DNA from: Elusimicrobiota bacterium
Lineage (GTDB): Bacteria > Elusimicrobiota > Elusimicrobia > Elusimicrobiales > UBA9959
Length of the DNA stretch: 64,000 nucleotides
Direction of reading: 5' to 3'
NCBI GenBank assembly: GCA_009773155.1
Contig: WOVA01000007.1
Location: 1,108-65,107 of the forward strand
Positions 38,355 to 47,376 of this stretch are shown here, one piece after another; the stretch's first letter is position 1, and every line of letters begins with the position of its first letter. Under the pieces are notes generated by a model. That model had not been told where the DNA came from. It saw only the letters and a list, made by a program, of their open reading frames with translations, and searched no databases. The position numbers and the translations under genes were made by a program.

Positions 38355-39736
38355 GCGTCCTCCGCCTTAAGCCTGCGCGGCGGAATGCCTCCGTGCAGGA
38401 CCATTACAAAGGCCGTCAGCATCCAGAAGGGCTCCATGATGCGGACGATTATGAAAGTATTAACGCCCAGCCCCTGGAAGAGCAGCCCCACCAGGGCGAC
38501 CATCAATCCGGTGGAAACCGCCTTTATCCAGAACTCGTCGTAAGCCAGGGATACCGCCCTTGCGGCGCCGAAGACGCTGTAGAGCATCCAGAGGAAAACG
38601 AAAAAGCCGATGATCCCCAGTTCGCCCAGGACCAGGGCGTACTGATTGTCCCCCAGGCCGATACCGGTCACGCCGCGTCCCAGCAGAGGATGCTTCGGCA
38701 GATGTTCGGTCAGCACCCGGCGCAGGGAATTATAGCGCAGGTACGCGGATTCCTCGAGATTAAGCTTAACGCCCATGAACTCCACGCCTCTCGTCGCGAG
38801 CTCGCCTGTATATGTCATCCTGACGCGCTCCCTCGTTTTTTCCGATATGCCCGGCAAAATAACGCCTACTATAAGCATACCCAGGAGAGCCGTAAAAAGA
38901 AAAAGCTTACGCCTGGAAAAAATGATGAAACTGGCGGGGACCATGGCCGTCAGACCGATGTAAGAAGCCCTGGAATAGGTGGCCATAAAAACCGGCAGCA
39001 CCGCGAGCATCGCCGCTATGGCGGCCGCCGAAACGCGCAGCGGCGCGTGTACCACCAGACCCAGAAGAACCCCGAAAAGAATAAGGTAATATCCGCCCAG
39101 GGAAGCCGGCTCGGATTCGCCCGGGCTGCCGACGGCCGCTTCGAAAGGCGCCGAGGACCGGCCGTCGGGCCCGGAATTGAAATAATAGTAATAGGCGTAA
39201 ACGGTGACTATGGCGGCCACGAGAAGGGCGGCCTTGAGATACTTTTTTATCTCCGCGGGGTCCCGCACTATATTTACCGTCATGAAATACAGCAGAAAAT
39301 ACTGGATATATTTCACCACGTAGAAAAATGAAACCTTGGGATTTATATCCCCCCTGAGTATGCCGAGCCCGGTCGAGACCACGCAGAGCGCGGTATATAT
39401 AAGTATCGGCTTATGGGCGGGGGTGTCCACGATGAAGGCCCGGCCCTTTTCTATGGCGGTACGGGCGAACCAGGAAATGAAGATTATGGCGATGAGGATA
39501 TCGTCGTAGCGAACCACCACGTGGCGCTCGCTGATGGCGCCGCCGACCGGGATCTCCGGCGAGAGCAGCATGGAGAAGACGACCAGGAGCAGGCTGAGCC
39601 TGGGCGAGAAGAAAGCGAATATGGATATGCCGACGGCCAGGGCGCCGAGGACGATGAAGCCGGGCCCGGCGACCGTGACGAACCAGCCGGCCAGGACCGC
39701 GAGCACGGCAACGGCTATAGCCAGCAGATAGTTCAT
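38351..39736 (-). CDS. O-antigen ligase/polymerase-family (Wzy-like) membrane protein
   Basis: 461 aa with more than 10 TM helices and a large loop region. Sits between the GTs and wzc. Confidence 0.7.
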   Translation of the reverse strand: MNYLLAIAVAVLAVLAGWFVTVAGPGFIVLGALAVGISIFAFFSPRLSLLLVVFSMLLSPEIPVGGAISERHVVVRYDDILIAIIFISWFARTAIEKGRAFIVDTPAHKPILIYTALCVVSTGLGILRGDINPKVSFFYVVKYIQYFLLYFMTVNIVRDPAEIKKYLKAALLVAAIVTVYAYYYYFNSGPDGRSSAPFEAAVGSPGESEPASLGGYYLILFGVLLGLVVHAPLRVSAAAIAAMLAVLPVFMATYSRASYIGLTAMVPASFIIFSRRKLFLFTALLGMLIVGVILPGISEKTRERVRMTYTGELATRGVEFMGVKLNLEESAYLRYNSLRRVLTEHLPKHPLLGRGVTGIGLGDNQYALVLGELGIIGFFVFLWMLYSVFGAARAVSLAYDEFWIKAVSTGLMVALVGLLFQGLGVNTFIIVRIMEPFWMLTAFVMVLHGGIPPRRLKAEDA

Positions 39737-39743
39737 CGAGCCC

Positions 39744-41612
39744 TTACCGCTTCACGTAGTTGTTGTAGTCGTAGTAATAGTAGCCGTACTGGGGGCCCAT
39801 CTCGGAGGCGCGCACGCCGTTGAGGACGACGCCGATCATGCGGGCGTTGACGCCCGTGATCTGTTCCTTGGCGCGGCGCAGGGCCCCGCGGGCTATCTTG
39901 CCGGCCTTGTAGACCAGCACGACGCCGTCGGTGTGTTTGGCCAGTATGACGGAATCTATGAAGAGCAGCACCGGCGGCGCGTCGAAGATTATAACGTCGA
40001 ACTCGCTCTTGAGCGAACTCATCAGCTCTTCCCAGCGCCAGGAATCCAGCAGATCGACGACATTGGCCGGCGTGGCGCCGCAGTTGATTATCTTGAGGTT
40101 CTCCACGCCCTGGAAGCGCATCAGGTGCTCGAAGTTCATGCCGCCCATGATGAAGTCGGCGCTCTCGGTGACGACCTCATGCCATTCCGCGCGGCCGGCG
40201 AGGACGTCGCTCAGGCCCGGCTGTTTGTCCAGGCCGAATATCTGGTATATCGCGGGCCGGCGCAGGTCGGCGTCGATCAGCAACGTCTTGAGTCCGGAAT
40301 TGGCGCTGGCCAGGGCGAAGTTGACCGCGGTGAGCGTCTTGCCCTCGGCGGCGCCGGCGGAACTGAACACCACGGCGAAGCTTTCTTTCGTGTTGAGGTT
40401 GGAGACGATATTGGTGCGCAGCGTATGGTAAGCCTCTATCACGCTGGAGGCGTAGCGCTTATTGAAGATGAGCGCGCTGCGGAAGGCCTCCACGGTATAG
40501 CGCTCCTTCTTGAAGAACTGCGTGAGCCAATTATCCAGCGGCTTCTCGCTGAGGATGTTGGGGATCAGGCCAAGTACCGGCAATTTCAGGAAGCCTTCGA
40601 TATCCTCGATGGTACTTATCGAAACGTCCAGATTCTCCAGGATGAAGACCAGCACGATGGCCAGGAACAGCCCCATGAAGATGCCTACCATCAGGTTTAG
40701 CTGCTTGTTGGGCGAAACGGGGGAGCCGGACGGCGTAGGAGGATTGATCACAGTGACGAAGGAGACTATGGACGAGACCCCCAGCTTGGAGGACTCATGC
40801 TCCCTATTGAGCGTGGTATAGAGCTCCTCCTGCATGCGCAGTTCGCGGGTCATGCGCACCAGTTCGGTCTCCTGGGCGGGGAGCTCGGCCAGCTTGGACT
40901 GCAGCACCCCTATGCGCTGCTCTATGTTCATTATCTCCGGGTGGTTGGGGGTGTATTTCTCCAGCAGCTCGCGTTTGCGTATCTCCATATCCGCCAGCTG
41001 GTTGGCCAGCACGGAGCTCATGCCTGATTTGGGATTGCGCTCGTAGAAGGACTGCCTCTGTCGCTCCAGCGAGCGGAGGCTGCTTTCGACCTCCGCTTTC
41101 CTGGCGGAGATATCGTCGAGCGTCTTGCGGACGTGCGCGCTCTTCTGTTCCAGGTCGTATTCCCGGTACGCTTCTATTACCGCCTGCACGGTCCGGGCGG
41201 CCAGCTGGGGGTTGGGGCTGAAGGCTGATATATTGATGAGGTTGGAGTCCTGCAGCCTTTCGGCCTTATAAGAGGCGAGCAGCGAGGCTACGCGCTGGGC
41301 ATCGGCGGCGTCGCGTTTAAGCAGGCCGAGCCTGGCCGCCGCCCTTTCCGCCACTTCCGCCGAGGTTATGACGCGCAATTCCGTCGCCACCGCTCCCCAC
41401 GGGTCCCATTCCGTCGTCATATCGGAGCCTGGCAGCCTGGCGTAGCTGGCCGGCGGCTTGAACTTTATCACGCCCTGGCTTTTATAAGTGACGGGCTGCA
41501 GGCGGGTATAGAAAAGGACCGAGAGTATCGTGACCGCGAAAGTGAGCATCGCCACCCATTTACGGCGGTTTATGATGCGCCAATAGTCGTAAAGAGTGAG
41601 TTCGGAGTTCAT
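39744..41612 (-). CDS. wzc: Polysaccharide co-polymerase / BY-kinase (Wzc-like tyrosine autokinase)
   Basis: Start reassigned to MNSELTLYDYWRII (ATGA overlap with the wza stop). Walker A SAGAAEGKT, A' LLIDADLRRP, B VIIFDAPPVL. Tyr-rich tail QYGYYYYDYNNY. Confidence 0.85.
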   Translation of the reverse strand: MNSELTLYDYWRIINRRKWVAMLTFAVTILSVLFYTRLQPVTYKSQGVIKFKPPASYARLPGSDMTTEWDPWGAVATELRVITSAEVAERAAARLGLLKRDAADAQRVASLLASYKAERLQDSNLINISAFSPNPQLAARTVQAVIEAYREYDLEQKSAHVRKTLDDISARKAEVESSLRSLERQRQSFYERNPKSGMSSVLANQLADMEIRKRELLEKYTPNHPEIMNIEQRIGVLQSKLAELPAQETELVRMTRELRMQEELYTTLNREHESSKLGVSSIVSFVTVINPPTPSGSPVSPNKQLNLMVGIFMGLFLAIVLVFILENLDVSISTIEDIEGFLKLPVLGLIPNILSEKPLDNWLTQFFKKERYTVEAFRSALIFNKRYASSVIEAYHTLRTNIVSNLNTKESFAVVFSSAGAAEGKTLTAVNFALASANSGLKTLLIDADLRRPAIYQIFGLDKQPGLSDVLAGRAEWHEVVTESADFIMGGMNFEHLMRFQGVENLKIINCGATPANVVDLLDSWRWEELMSSLKSEFDVIIFDAPPVLLFIDSVILAKHTDGVVLVYKAGKIARGALRRAKEQITGVNARMIGVVLNGVRASEMGPQYGYYYYDYNNYVKR

Positions 41613-42298
41613 CAGCGTCCGTCCGTAGCCAGGTGCATGCTCAGAGCGAAAGTCCCCAGCATCAGCCAGGGCAGCAGATTGTCGCTGAGCCACTTCGTGG
41701 TGGAGGCCAGCTTCTTACGGGGAACATAGACCACGTCGCCGGGCTTGAGGGAGATGTTCTTATCCATCACCCCGTCGAATACCTCGTCCAGCCTGGCCTC
41801 GAAAACTTCCTCTTTGACGCCGCCATCCGCGACTTTTACCGAGCGGAAAACGCGCAGGTCGCCGGTACGGGCGTAGTCCTGCAGGCCGCCCGACTGGGCG
41901 ACCAGTTCGAGCAGCTTCATCCCCTCCCTGTACTCGAAATACCCGGGGTTGCGCACCTGGCCGATTATGGCCACCCGGTAGGAAGAGAATTTTCTGACAT
42001 TAACGGTGATGCTGGGATTGGAAACGTATTTGGAGAACCTGGCGGTAAGGATATTCTGGAGCTCGTCCGCCTTCATTCCCTGGACTTTCAGCGAGCCCAG
42101 CAGCGGCACCTCTATGGTCCCGTCGGGCTGCACGGTGACTTCCCTGGAGAATTCTTCGGCCGGGAAGACATTTACGCTTATGACGTCTCCGGGCGATACG
42201 TAATGCGCGCCGGGTGTGACCAGGGACAGGCCCTGGGCGCAGAGCCCGGCGGGAAAGGTATTCAGAAAAATAACTAAAGCGGCTGCCAGTCGTTTCAT
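41612..42298 (-). CDS. wza: Polysaccharide export outer-membrane protein (Wza-like; Poly_export + SLBB)
   Basis: Signal peptide. PGDVISVNVFPAEEFSREVTVQPDGTIEVPLLGSLKVQGM is typical of the Poly_export domain. Confidence 0.85.
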   Translation of the reverse strand: MKRLAAALVIFLNTFPAGLCAQGLSLVTPGAHYVSPGDVISVNVFPAEEFSREVTVQPDGTIEVPLLGSLKVQGMKADELQNILTARFSKYVSNPSITVNVRKFSSYRVAIIGQVRNPGYFEYREGMKLLELVAQSGGLQDYARTGDLRVFRSVKVADGGVKEEVFEARLDEVFDGVMDKNISLKPGDVVYVPRKKLASTTKWLSDNLLPWLMLGTFALSMHLATDGR

Positions 42299-42346
42299 AT
42301 CTTCGCCTTTGGGCCAGGAGTCTGATTATATAATTATAACTATTTA

Positions 42347-42952
42347 TCAGCGCCGGCCGGGGGTCTCCACGGCCCTGGAAAGACTTATGACTATGGTGCG
42401 AAGTTCCTCTATCCTGCGTTCCAGTTCCTTCTCCCTGGCGCCGTCCTGGGCGGGGGCCGCGGAAAAAGACTGTCCCCCCGGCGATCGCATCTCCAGAGCC
42501 TCTATCTTGCGCCTGAGCCTCTCTATCTTCTCGTTGGCGCCGAACTCGGGCGCTCCGCGGCGGCGGGAGTTGAAATAATAGCCCACCAGCATCAGGAAAG
42601 AGGCGACGGCGAAGAGCATGAAAGCGACGGAGCCGAAAAGAACGAGGTAAGGATAAGACCCTATAACTCCCAGGGCCGACGCCAGGACCGATATGAGCAA
42701 ACCGAAGATAAGGGTCTCCTTGTTCTCGGCCCAGATGAGCGAGCCGTGATGTTCCGGCGCCGGACCGGCGGCGGGCTCGGCCAGGGGCCGGCGATTGCGG
42801 CTGGTGATACCGGGGCCATGGGTCCAGGGGACACCATGCGGCATGGCGTCCCCGGCGGGCGGCTCGGGGGGCCGGACTTTCCGCTCGACCTCCGGGGTCT
42901 CCTCGCGCAGCCTGCCCAGCATGCGGGCCAGGTCTTCCATCCCGCCGCTCAT
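42347..42952 (-). CDS. Two-TM membrane protein with C-terminal coiled coil (third gene of the coiled-coil operon)
   Basis: TM segments LIFGLLISVLASALGVIG and LVLFGSVAFMLFAVASFLMLVGYYF, then EKIERLRRKIEALE...ELERRIEELR. Its ATG shares one nt with the upstream TAA. Confidence 0.6.
   Translation of the reverse strand: MSGGMEDLARMLGRLREETPEVERKVRPPEPPAGDAMPHGVPWTHGPGITSRNRRPLAEPAAGPAPEHHGSLIWAENKETLIFGLLISVLASALGVIGSYPYLVLFGSVAFMLFAVASFLMLVGYYFNSRRRGAPEFGANEKIERLRRKIEALEMRSPGGQSFSAAPAQDGAREKELERRIEELRTIVISLSRAVETPGRR
42827..42853. repeat. Near-perfect palindrome ggggacaccatgcggcatggcgtcccc (copy 1, intragenic)
   Basis: Same core as 62208..62232. Translated in frame as GDAMPHGVPW. Confidence 0.85.
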
Positions 42953-43671
42953 TATTTCCTCCCCGCGTCGGGCGTCGCGGCCTCGCGCCCGGCCAGCGAC
43001 TTTTCCCTGGCCTGCAGTTCGGCCCGCGCCCGCTCGAAAGTCTTTATCAGTTCGGCTTTTTTCAGCGCGAATTCGTCCTCAAGAGCGCTTTCCCTGCCGG
43101 CCAGGGCCTTCTTCCCGGCCGCGAGCCGTTTTTCGATATCGGCCTCCAGTTCCCTCAGGGCCCCGTCGCGCCGCTCCAGTTCGCCGTTTTTTTCCTCCCA
43201 GGAAGACAGCATCTCCAGTTCCTTCCTGTTGAGCTTGTCGTAGAGTTCCTTCATCCTGGCGACGTACCTGGAGTTCAGCCCGCTCTCGTTCTCGGCGCCG
43301 GCGGCCCTGGCGTCGGCCAGCGCCGACTCTTTCTTCCTGAGCTCGTCGGACAGCTGCGCTATCCTACCGTGCAGGCCGGCGCGCTCGGCGTCTCCGGCGG
43401 CTACCCGGTCCTTAAGGTCGCTTATCTGGGCCTCCAGCACGGCGGCTTTCTCCGCGTGCTCGCGCTCGGCTATGGCCAGGCGGCCGGCGTAGCCCGCCTC
43501 GTACTCGCCCAGCACCTTCTCCATCGAGGTGACCTCGTCCCCGAACTCCTCTATCAGCGCGCTGACATGCACGGCGGCCGGGTTCTTCTCGTCCCAGAGC
43601 CTGCGGGAGAGTGTCTGCAGGTTGCGCACCAGGTCGAGCGGCACGCATTTGACGGCTTTTTCCTTTTCCAT
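42952..43671 (-). CDS. Coiled-coil protein, 239 aa (second gene of the coiled-coil operon)
   Basis: E/A/R/K/L-rich heptad-like sequence with no TM and no enzymatic motif. 1-nt gap to the upstream gene. Confidence 0.6.
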   Translation of the reverse strand: MEKEKAVKCVPLDLVRNLQTLSRRLWDEKNPAAVHVSALIEEFGDEVTSMEKVLGEYEAGYAGRLAIAEREHAEKAAVLEAQISDLKDRVAAGDAERAGLHGRIAQLSDELRKKESALADARAAGAENESGLNSRYVARMKELYDKLNRKELEMLSSWEEKNGELERRDGALRELEADIEKRLAAGKKALAGRESALEDEFALKKAELIKTFERARAELQAREKSLAGREAATPDAGRK

Positions 43672-43672
43672 A

Positions 43673-46600
43673 TTATTTCTTGCCCTTGTACTCGGCTATC
43701 GCGCGGGAGAGCTCCATGCGCATCTTCTCCAGCTCGGCGGACTTGCGCGCGTACTCCTTGTCCAGCTCCAGCCGGCGCGACTCAAGATCCCTTTCCCTGG
43801 CGGCGTCGGCCCGCCGCATCTCGCCGATTTCCTGGTCGATGGCCGCGGCCCTTATGGACAGCTCGCCCTGGCGGGCGTCCAGTTCCAGCTGTTTGCGCCC
43901 GTAGACCGCCTCGCGTTCCTTGAGCGTCCTGTCCTTGCTGGCGGCCAGCTCCTCCAGCCGCGCCAGGCGCTCCTCGTAATCCTTGCGGGTCTGCCCGACC
44001 TGCCTGAAGTAGCCCTCTTCCAGCTCCAGTTGCCGTTTCTGGAACTCGGCTATGACGTCCTTGAACTTCTCCTCCTGCCCGGCCAGCTGCCTGACCACCG
44101 TCTCGGCGGCCTCCTGCCTGTGCGCTATAAGCTGCCGCTCCAGGTCGGCTATCTTCAGGCCGGCGGCCTCGGCGTATTTCTCGCGCTTGCCGAGCTCCGC
44201 CAGCAGGCGGTCCTTCTCGGCGGCGGAGGCCTCGCGGGACCTGGCGAGCTCCAGTTCATAGTCGTCGCGCATGGAGGCTATTTCCTCCTCAGCCATGGCG
44301 ATCTTCCTGACCAGGCCCTCCGTGACCTTCTCTACTGCGGCCCGGGTGCGGGCGTCCAGCTCGGCGGCGTGGGATTCGCGCAGGGACAGCGTCTCTTCCT
44401 TGTGCTCGCGCACCTTCTGCATCAGCTCGTCGAACACTTTGGCGGCGCGTGTACCGGACGCGGCAGCCTCCCCGCGCAGCGAGGATATGCTGGCGCGCAG
44501 AGCCTCGTTCTCCTCGTGGAGCTGGGCGAGGCGCACCTCTACGGTCTTCTCGCTCTGGCCGGACTTGCGGGAGTACTCGGCCTCGAGAGCCGCGCGCAGC
44601 TGCGCTGTCTCATCCTCCAGCTCGGCCCGCCTGGCGTCGTAGCGGCTCTCGAGCTCGGCAACCTTTTCCGAGAGAGCGGAACTATCCTCGAAGGCATGCC
44701 TGGCGCGGTATTCGCGCTCGGTTCTGGCCGCCGCGTCGCGGGCTTCGGCCAGGTCGTTCTCCAGCCTGGAAACTTTATCTTCCAGGGCGCCCTTAACGGA
44801 CTTTAGGTCCTCCAGGGCGCCGGCCAGGGCGGCGGTGCGGACCCCGACCGCTTCCTCTACGCGGGCCTGGGCCTCCTTCTCGGCCGCGGCGCGGACCTCG
44901 CCCAGCTCGCGGCTGAACCGGGATTCCGCGGCGATCAGCTCCTCGCCGGCCCGGCGGTTGGCCTCCAGCAGCGAACGCACCTCGGCGCGGGAAGCTTCGG
45001 CGCTCTTTTCGGCGCCGGACAGGAGCCCTTCCAGGCGTTCTTTTTCCGCCGACAGCATGGAACGCTGATCGGCCAGGGCTTTTTCGAATTCCCCCTCCCT
45101 GGCTTTTACAGCGTCGGCCGCTGCCGAAAGAGATTTCTGTTTCTCGGCGGCCAGCTCAGCCTGCATTGAGCGGACCATGGATTCGAGCTCCCCGGCTCTT
45201 CGGGCGGCGGCGGCGGACATATCGGCGAAACGTTTGTCCGCCAGGGATTCCGATTCTTTTGCCCGGGCCTCGGACGCCGCCCGCTCCCTGGCGCGCGAAG
45301 CCTCCGCTTCCGCCAGCGCCTTATTGAAAAGTTCCTCTTTCTCCTTTATCCGGCGCATGACCTCCGCGTTCAGCTCGTCGCCGGCCGCGGCAAGTTTAGC
45401 GCCCAGTTCTCCGGTCCTGACCTTCTCCGCCTCCAGCGCGGACTTAAGTTCTGACTGCTCCGCGGTCAGCGCCTCCGCCTGTGCCGCCTTCTCCCGGCCG
45501 AAGCGCTCTTTCAGCTCCGCCTCGCGGGCCTCGTATTCGGAGCGGTCCTTGGCCCTGAGGGCCTCCATCTCCGCGAGGCTGCGGGAGAAGAAATCTTCTT
45601 TCTCCCTTATAAGGCGCATGGCCTCCGCGGAGCGCTCTTCCCCTGAAAGCGAGAGTTTTTTCTCCAGCTCGTACGCCTTGAAACGTTCGGCCTCCAGGGC
45701 CGCTTTCAGGGCGTCACGGTCGGCGGCGTAGCGGGAATCCAGCTCGGCGGCCTTCCTGCCCAGGGCCGTCTCGTAAGAGGAGGCCAGTTCGGCCTCGCGC
45801 GCCGCGAAGGCGGCGGCCGCGGACTCCATCTCGGCCACGCGCGCGCGGAAAAATTCGTCTTTTTTGGCCAGCTGCCGCATGACCTCCTCCGAGGTCCTCT
45901 CCTGCACCGAGGCCATAGAGTTCTCCAGCTCGCGAATCTTCTCCTGCGCGTTCCGGAACTGGTCTTCGCGCACGCGCTGCTCGTCCGTCAGGCGGGCCCG
46001 TTCCACGGCCCAGGTAGATTCCAGCGACCGCAGCTGCTGCGCGTGCTCGGTGTCCACGGAACGTATCCTCGCGTCGAAAGACGTTTCCAGTTCGGCGCGG
46101 AGGCGGCGGAAATTCCCGTCCACCTCGTTCTTTTTGGAGAGGAACTCGCTCTCGAGCTCCTTGCGCCGGGCTTCGATCCCCCCCTCGGAACCGCGCACCG
46201 ACTTTTCCAGCATCTCTATGCGGGACTTAAGCTCGGCTTCCTTGGACTTATAGTTCTTCTCCAATGCGGTAAGGCGGGACTGGTGCTCGGAGTCCACCTC
46301 GGAGCGGAGAGAGTCGTATTTAGCCTGCGCCTCGCTGAGGCGCGCGGCGTACTGGGTCTCTACGTCCAGCAGGCGCTGGTTCCAGCGCTCTATGACGCCT
46401 TTCTGCTTACGGTCGAGTTCCTCGAACTTGGCCTGGTACTCGTCCTCCAGCGCTGAGCGGAGCTGGTCGAGGCGGTTCTCCTTGCGCAGCAGCTGCTGCA
46501 GGTCGAGCTTGCCCTCGCCCAGCAGGGACATGGTGGCTTCCAGCTTGGAGTAGAAACCCTCTTTTTCATCGAGGGTCTTGGAGCGGCTGCGGAAAGATTC

Positions 46601-46792
46601 TTCCAGTTCCCGGACGCGGGATTCGAGCTGCTTGCGGTCGCCCTCGGCCATGCCGAGGTTCTTCTTGAGCTCGGCGCGCTCTTTTTCGATGCCGTTGAGG
46701 CGCTCCAGCGCCCAGCGCAGCGTCATCCTCGCCGTGTCTATACTGGTGACGTCGTTCACCAGTTGTTCGAGCTCGTTATATTCGTCGGCCAT
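43673..46792 (-). CDS. Giant coiled-coil protein, 1039 aa, with internal ~87-aa repeats
   Basis: Start reassigned to MADEYNELEQL (ATG 46792, preceded by GAGGT). Almost continuous E/A/R/K/L composition. Repeats begin ERTSEEVMRQLAKKDEFF / EERSAEAMRLIREKEDFF / DELNAEVMRRIKEKEELF. Confidence 0.7.
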   Translation of the reverse strand: MADEYNELEQLVNDVTSIDTARMTLRWALERLNGIEKERAELKKNLGMAEGDRKQLESRVRELEESFRSRSKTLDEKEGFYSKLEATMSLLGEGKLDLQQLLRKENRLDQLRSALEDEYQAKFEELDRKQKGVIERWNQRLLDVETQYAARLSEAQAKYDSLRSEVDSEHQSRLTALEKNYKSKEAELKSRIEMLEKSVRGSEGGIEARRKELESEFLSKKNEVDGNFRRLRAELETSFDARIRSVDTEHAQQLRSLESTWAVERARLTDEQRVREDQFRNAQEKIRELENSMASVQERTSEEVMRQLAKKDEFFRARVAEMESAAAAFAAREAELASSYETALGRKAAELDSRYAADRDALKAALEAERFKAYELEKKLSLSGEERSAEAMRLIREKEDFFSRSLAEMEALRAKDRSEYEAREAELKERFGREKAAQAEALTAEQSELKSALEAEKVRTGELGAKLAAAGDELNAEVMRRIKEKEELFNKALAEAEASRARERAASEARAKESESLADKRFADMSAAAARRAGELESMVRSMQAELAAEKQKSLSAAADAVKAREGEFEKALADQRSMLSAEKERLEGLLSGAEKSAEASRAEVRSLLEANRRAGEELIAAESRFSRELGEVRAAAEKEAQARVEEAVGVRTAALAGALEDLKSVKGALEDKVSRLENDLAEARDAAARTEREYRARHAFEDSSALSEKVAELESRYDARRAELEDETAQLRAALEAEYSRKSGQSEKTVEVRLAQLHEENEALRASISSLRGEAAASGTRAAKVFDELMQKVREHKEETLSLRESHAAELDARTRAAVEKVTEGLVRKIAMAEEEIASMRDDYELELARSREASAAEKDRLLAELGKREKYAEAAGLKIADLERQLIAHRQEAAETVVRQLAGQEEKFKDVIAEFQKRQLELEEGYFRQVGQTRKDYEERLARLEELAASKDRTLKEREAVYGRKQLELDARQGELSIRAAAIDQEIGEMRRADAARERDLESRRLELDKEYARKSAELEKMRMELSRAIAEYKGKK

Positions 46793-46953
46793 AGTTACCT
46801 CTGATAAGCCGCATACCGGCTTTCTCCGCTCCCGCCTTAAATTCAGCCTTAACAGTTTAACATGGCCCGCCCCCCTATTCAATAAAGGGATTGTTAAATG
46901 AATATTAAATGATTGTTACGCAGCCGACCGCCTATTTTATAGAATCATACGGG

Positions 46954-47376
46954 ATGCTCAGGAAAAAACGCTTCTATTTCTTCCTCCTGCTGACCTGCGC
47001 CGCGGCGGCGCTTTGGCATTTCCACCCTTATCTTTTCAGGGCTTTTTTCAGGGTTTCCGGCACGGTGGACCTGGCCCCGGGTTCGGCCGGGTTCCGGCCG
47101 AAGCCCAATACCATGCTCTTCATAGTCGCCCGGGACGAGGGAGGGGTCCCGTTCGCCGTACTGAAGGTCATAAACCCATCCTTCCCGCTGTCTTATTCGA
47201 TGGACAGCTCCGACCTCATCCTGCCCGAACTGCTGCCGCTCAGACTCCGGCTGGAAGCCTTTCTCAATACCCACGGCGAGATAGGCGCACCGAGGCGCGG
47301 GGACCTCTACGGTTCGCTGGACCGGGAAGTATTCCTGGCCGAGCAGGACTGCGATCTGCTGCTGGACCCAGTGTAG
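46954..47376 (+). CDS. Hypothetical protein with N-terminal TM; C-terminal part faintly resembles the CcmH/CcmI C-terminal domain
   Basis: MLRKKRFYFFLLLTCAAAALW. ...MLFIVARDEGGVPFAVLKV...PLSYSMD...RLEAFLNTHGEIGAPRRGDLYG. The stop codon TAG lies inside the inverted repeat of the element downstream. An alternative ATG is at 46909. Confidence 0.45.
   Translation: MLRKKRFYFFLLLTCAAAALWHFHPYLFRAFFRVSGTVDLAPGSAGFRPKPNTMLFIVARDEGGVPFAVLKVINPSFPLSYSMDSSDLILPELLPLRLRLEAFLNTHGEIGAPRRGDLYGSLDREVFLAEQDCDLLLDPV

Noticed and set aside
43529-46901. Multiple plus-strand ORFs (43529..44806, 45177..45731, 45864..46253, 46043..46456 and others) opposite the giant coiled-coil gene
   Set aside because: They are fragmented, overlap each other, and are serine/alanine/leucine-rich mirror images of the E/A/R/K coiled-coil frame. 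The minus frame is a single 3.1-kb ORF with an SD and downstream coupling.
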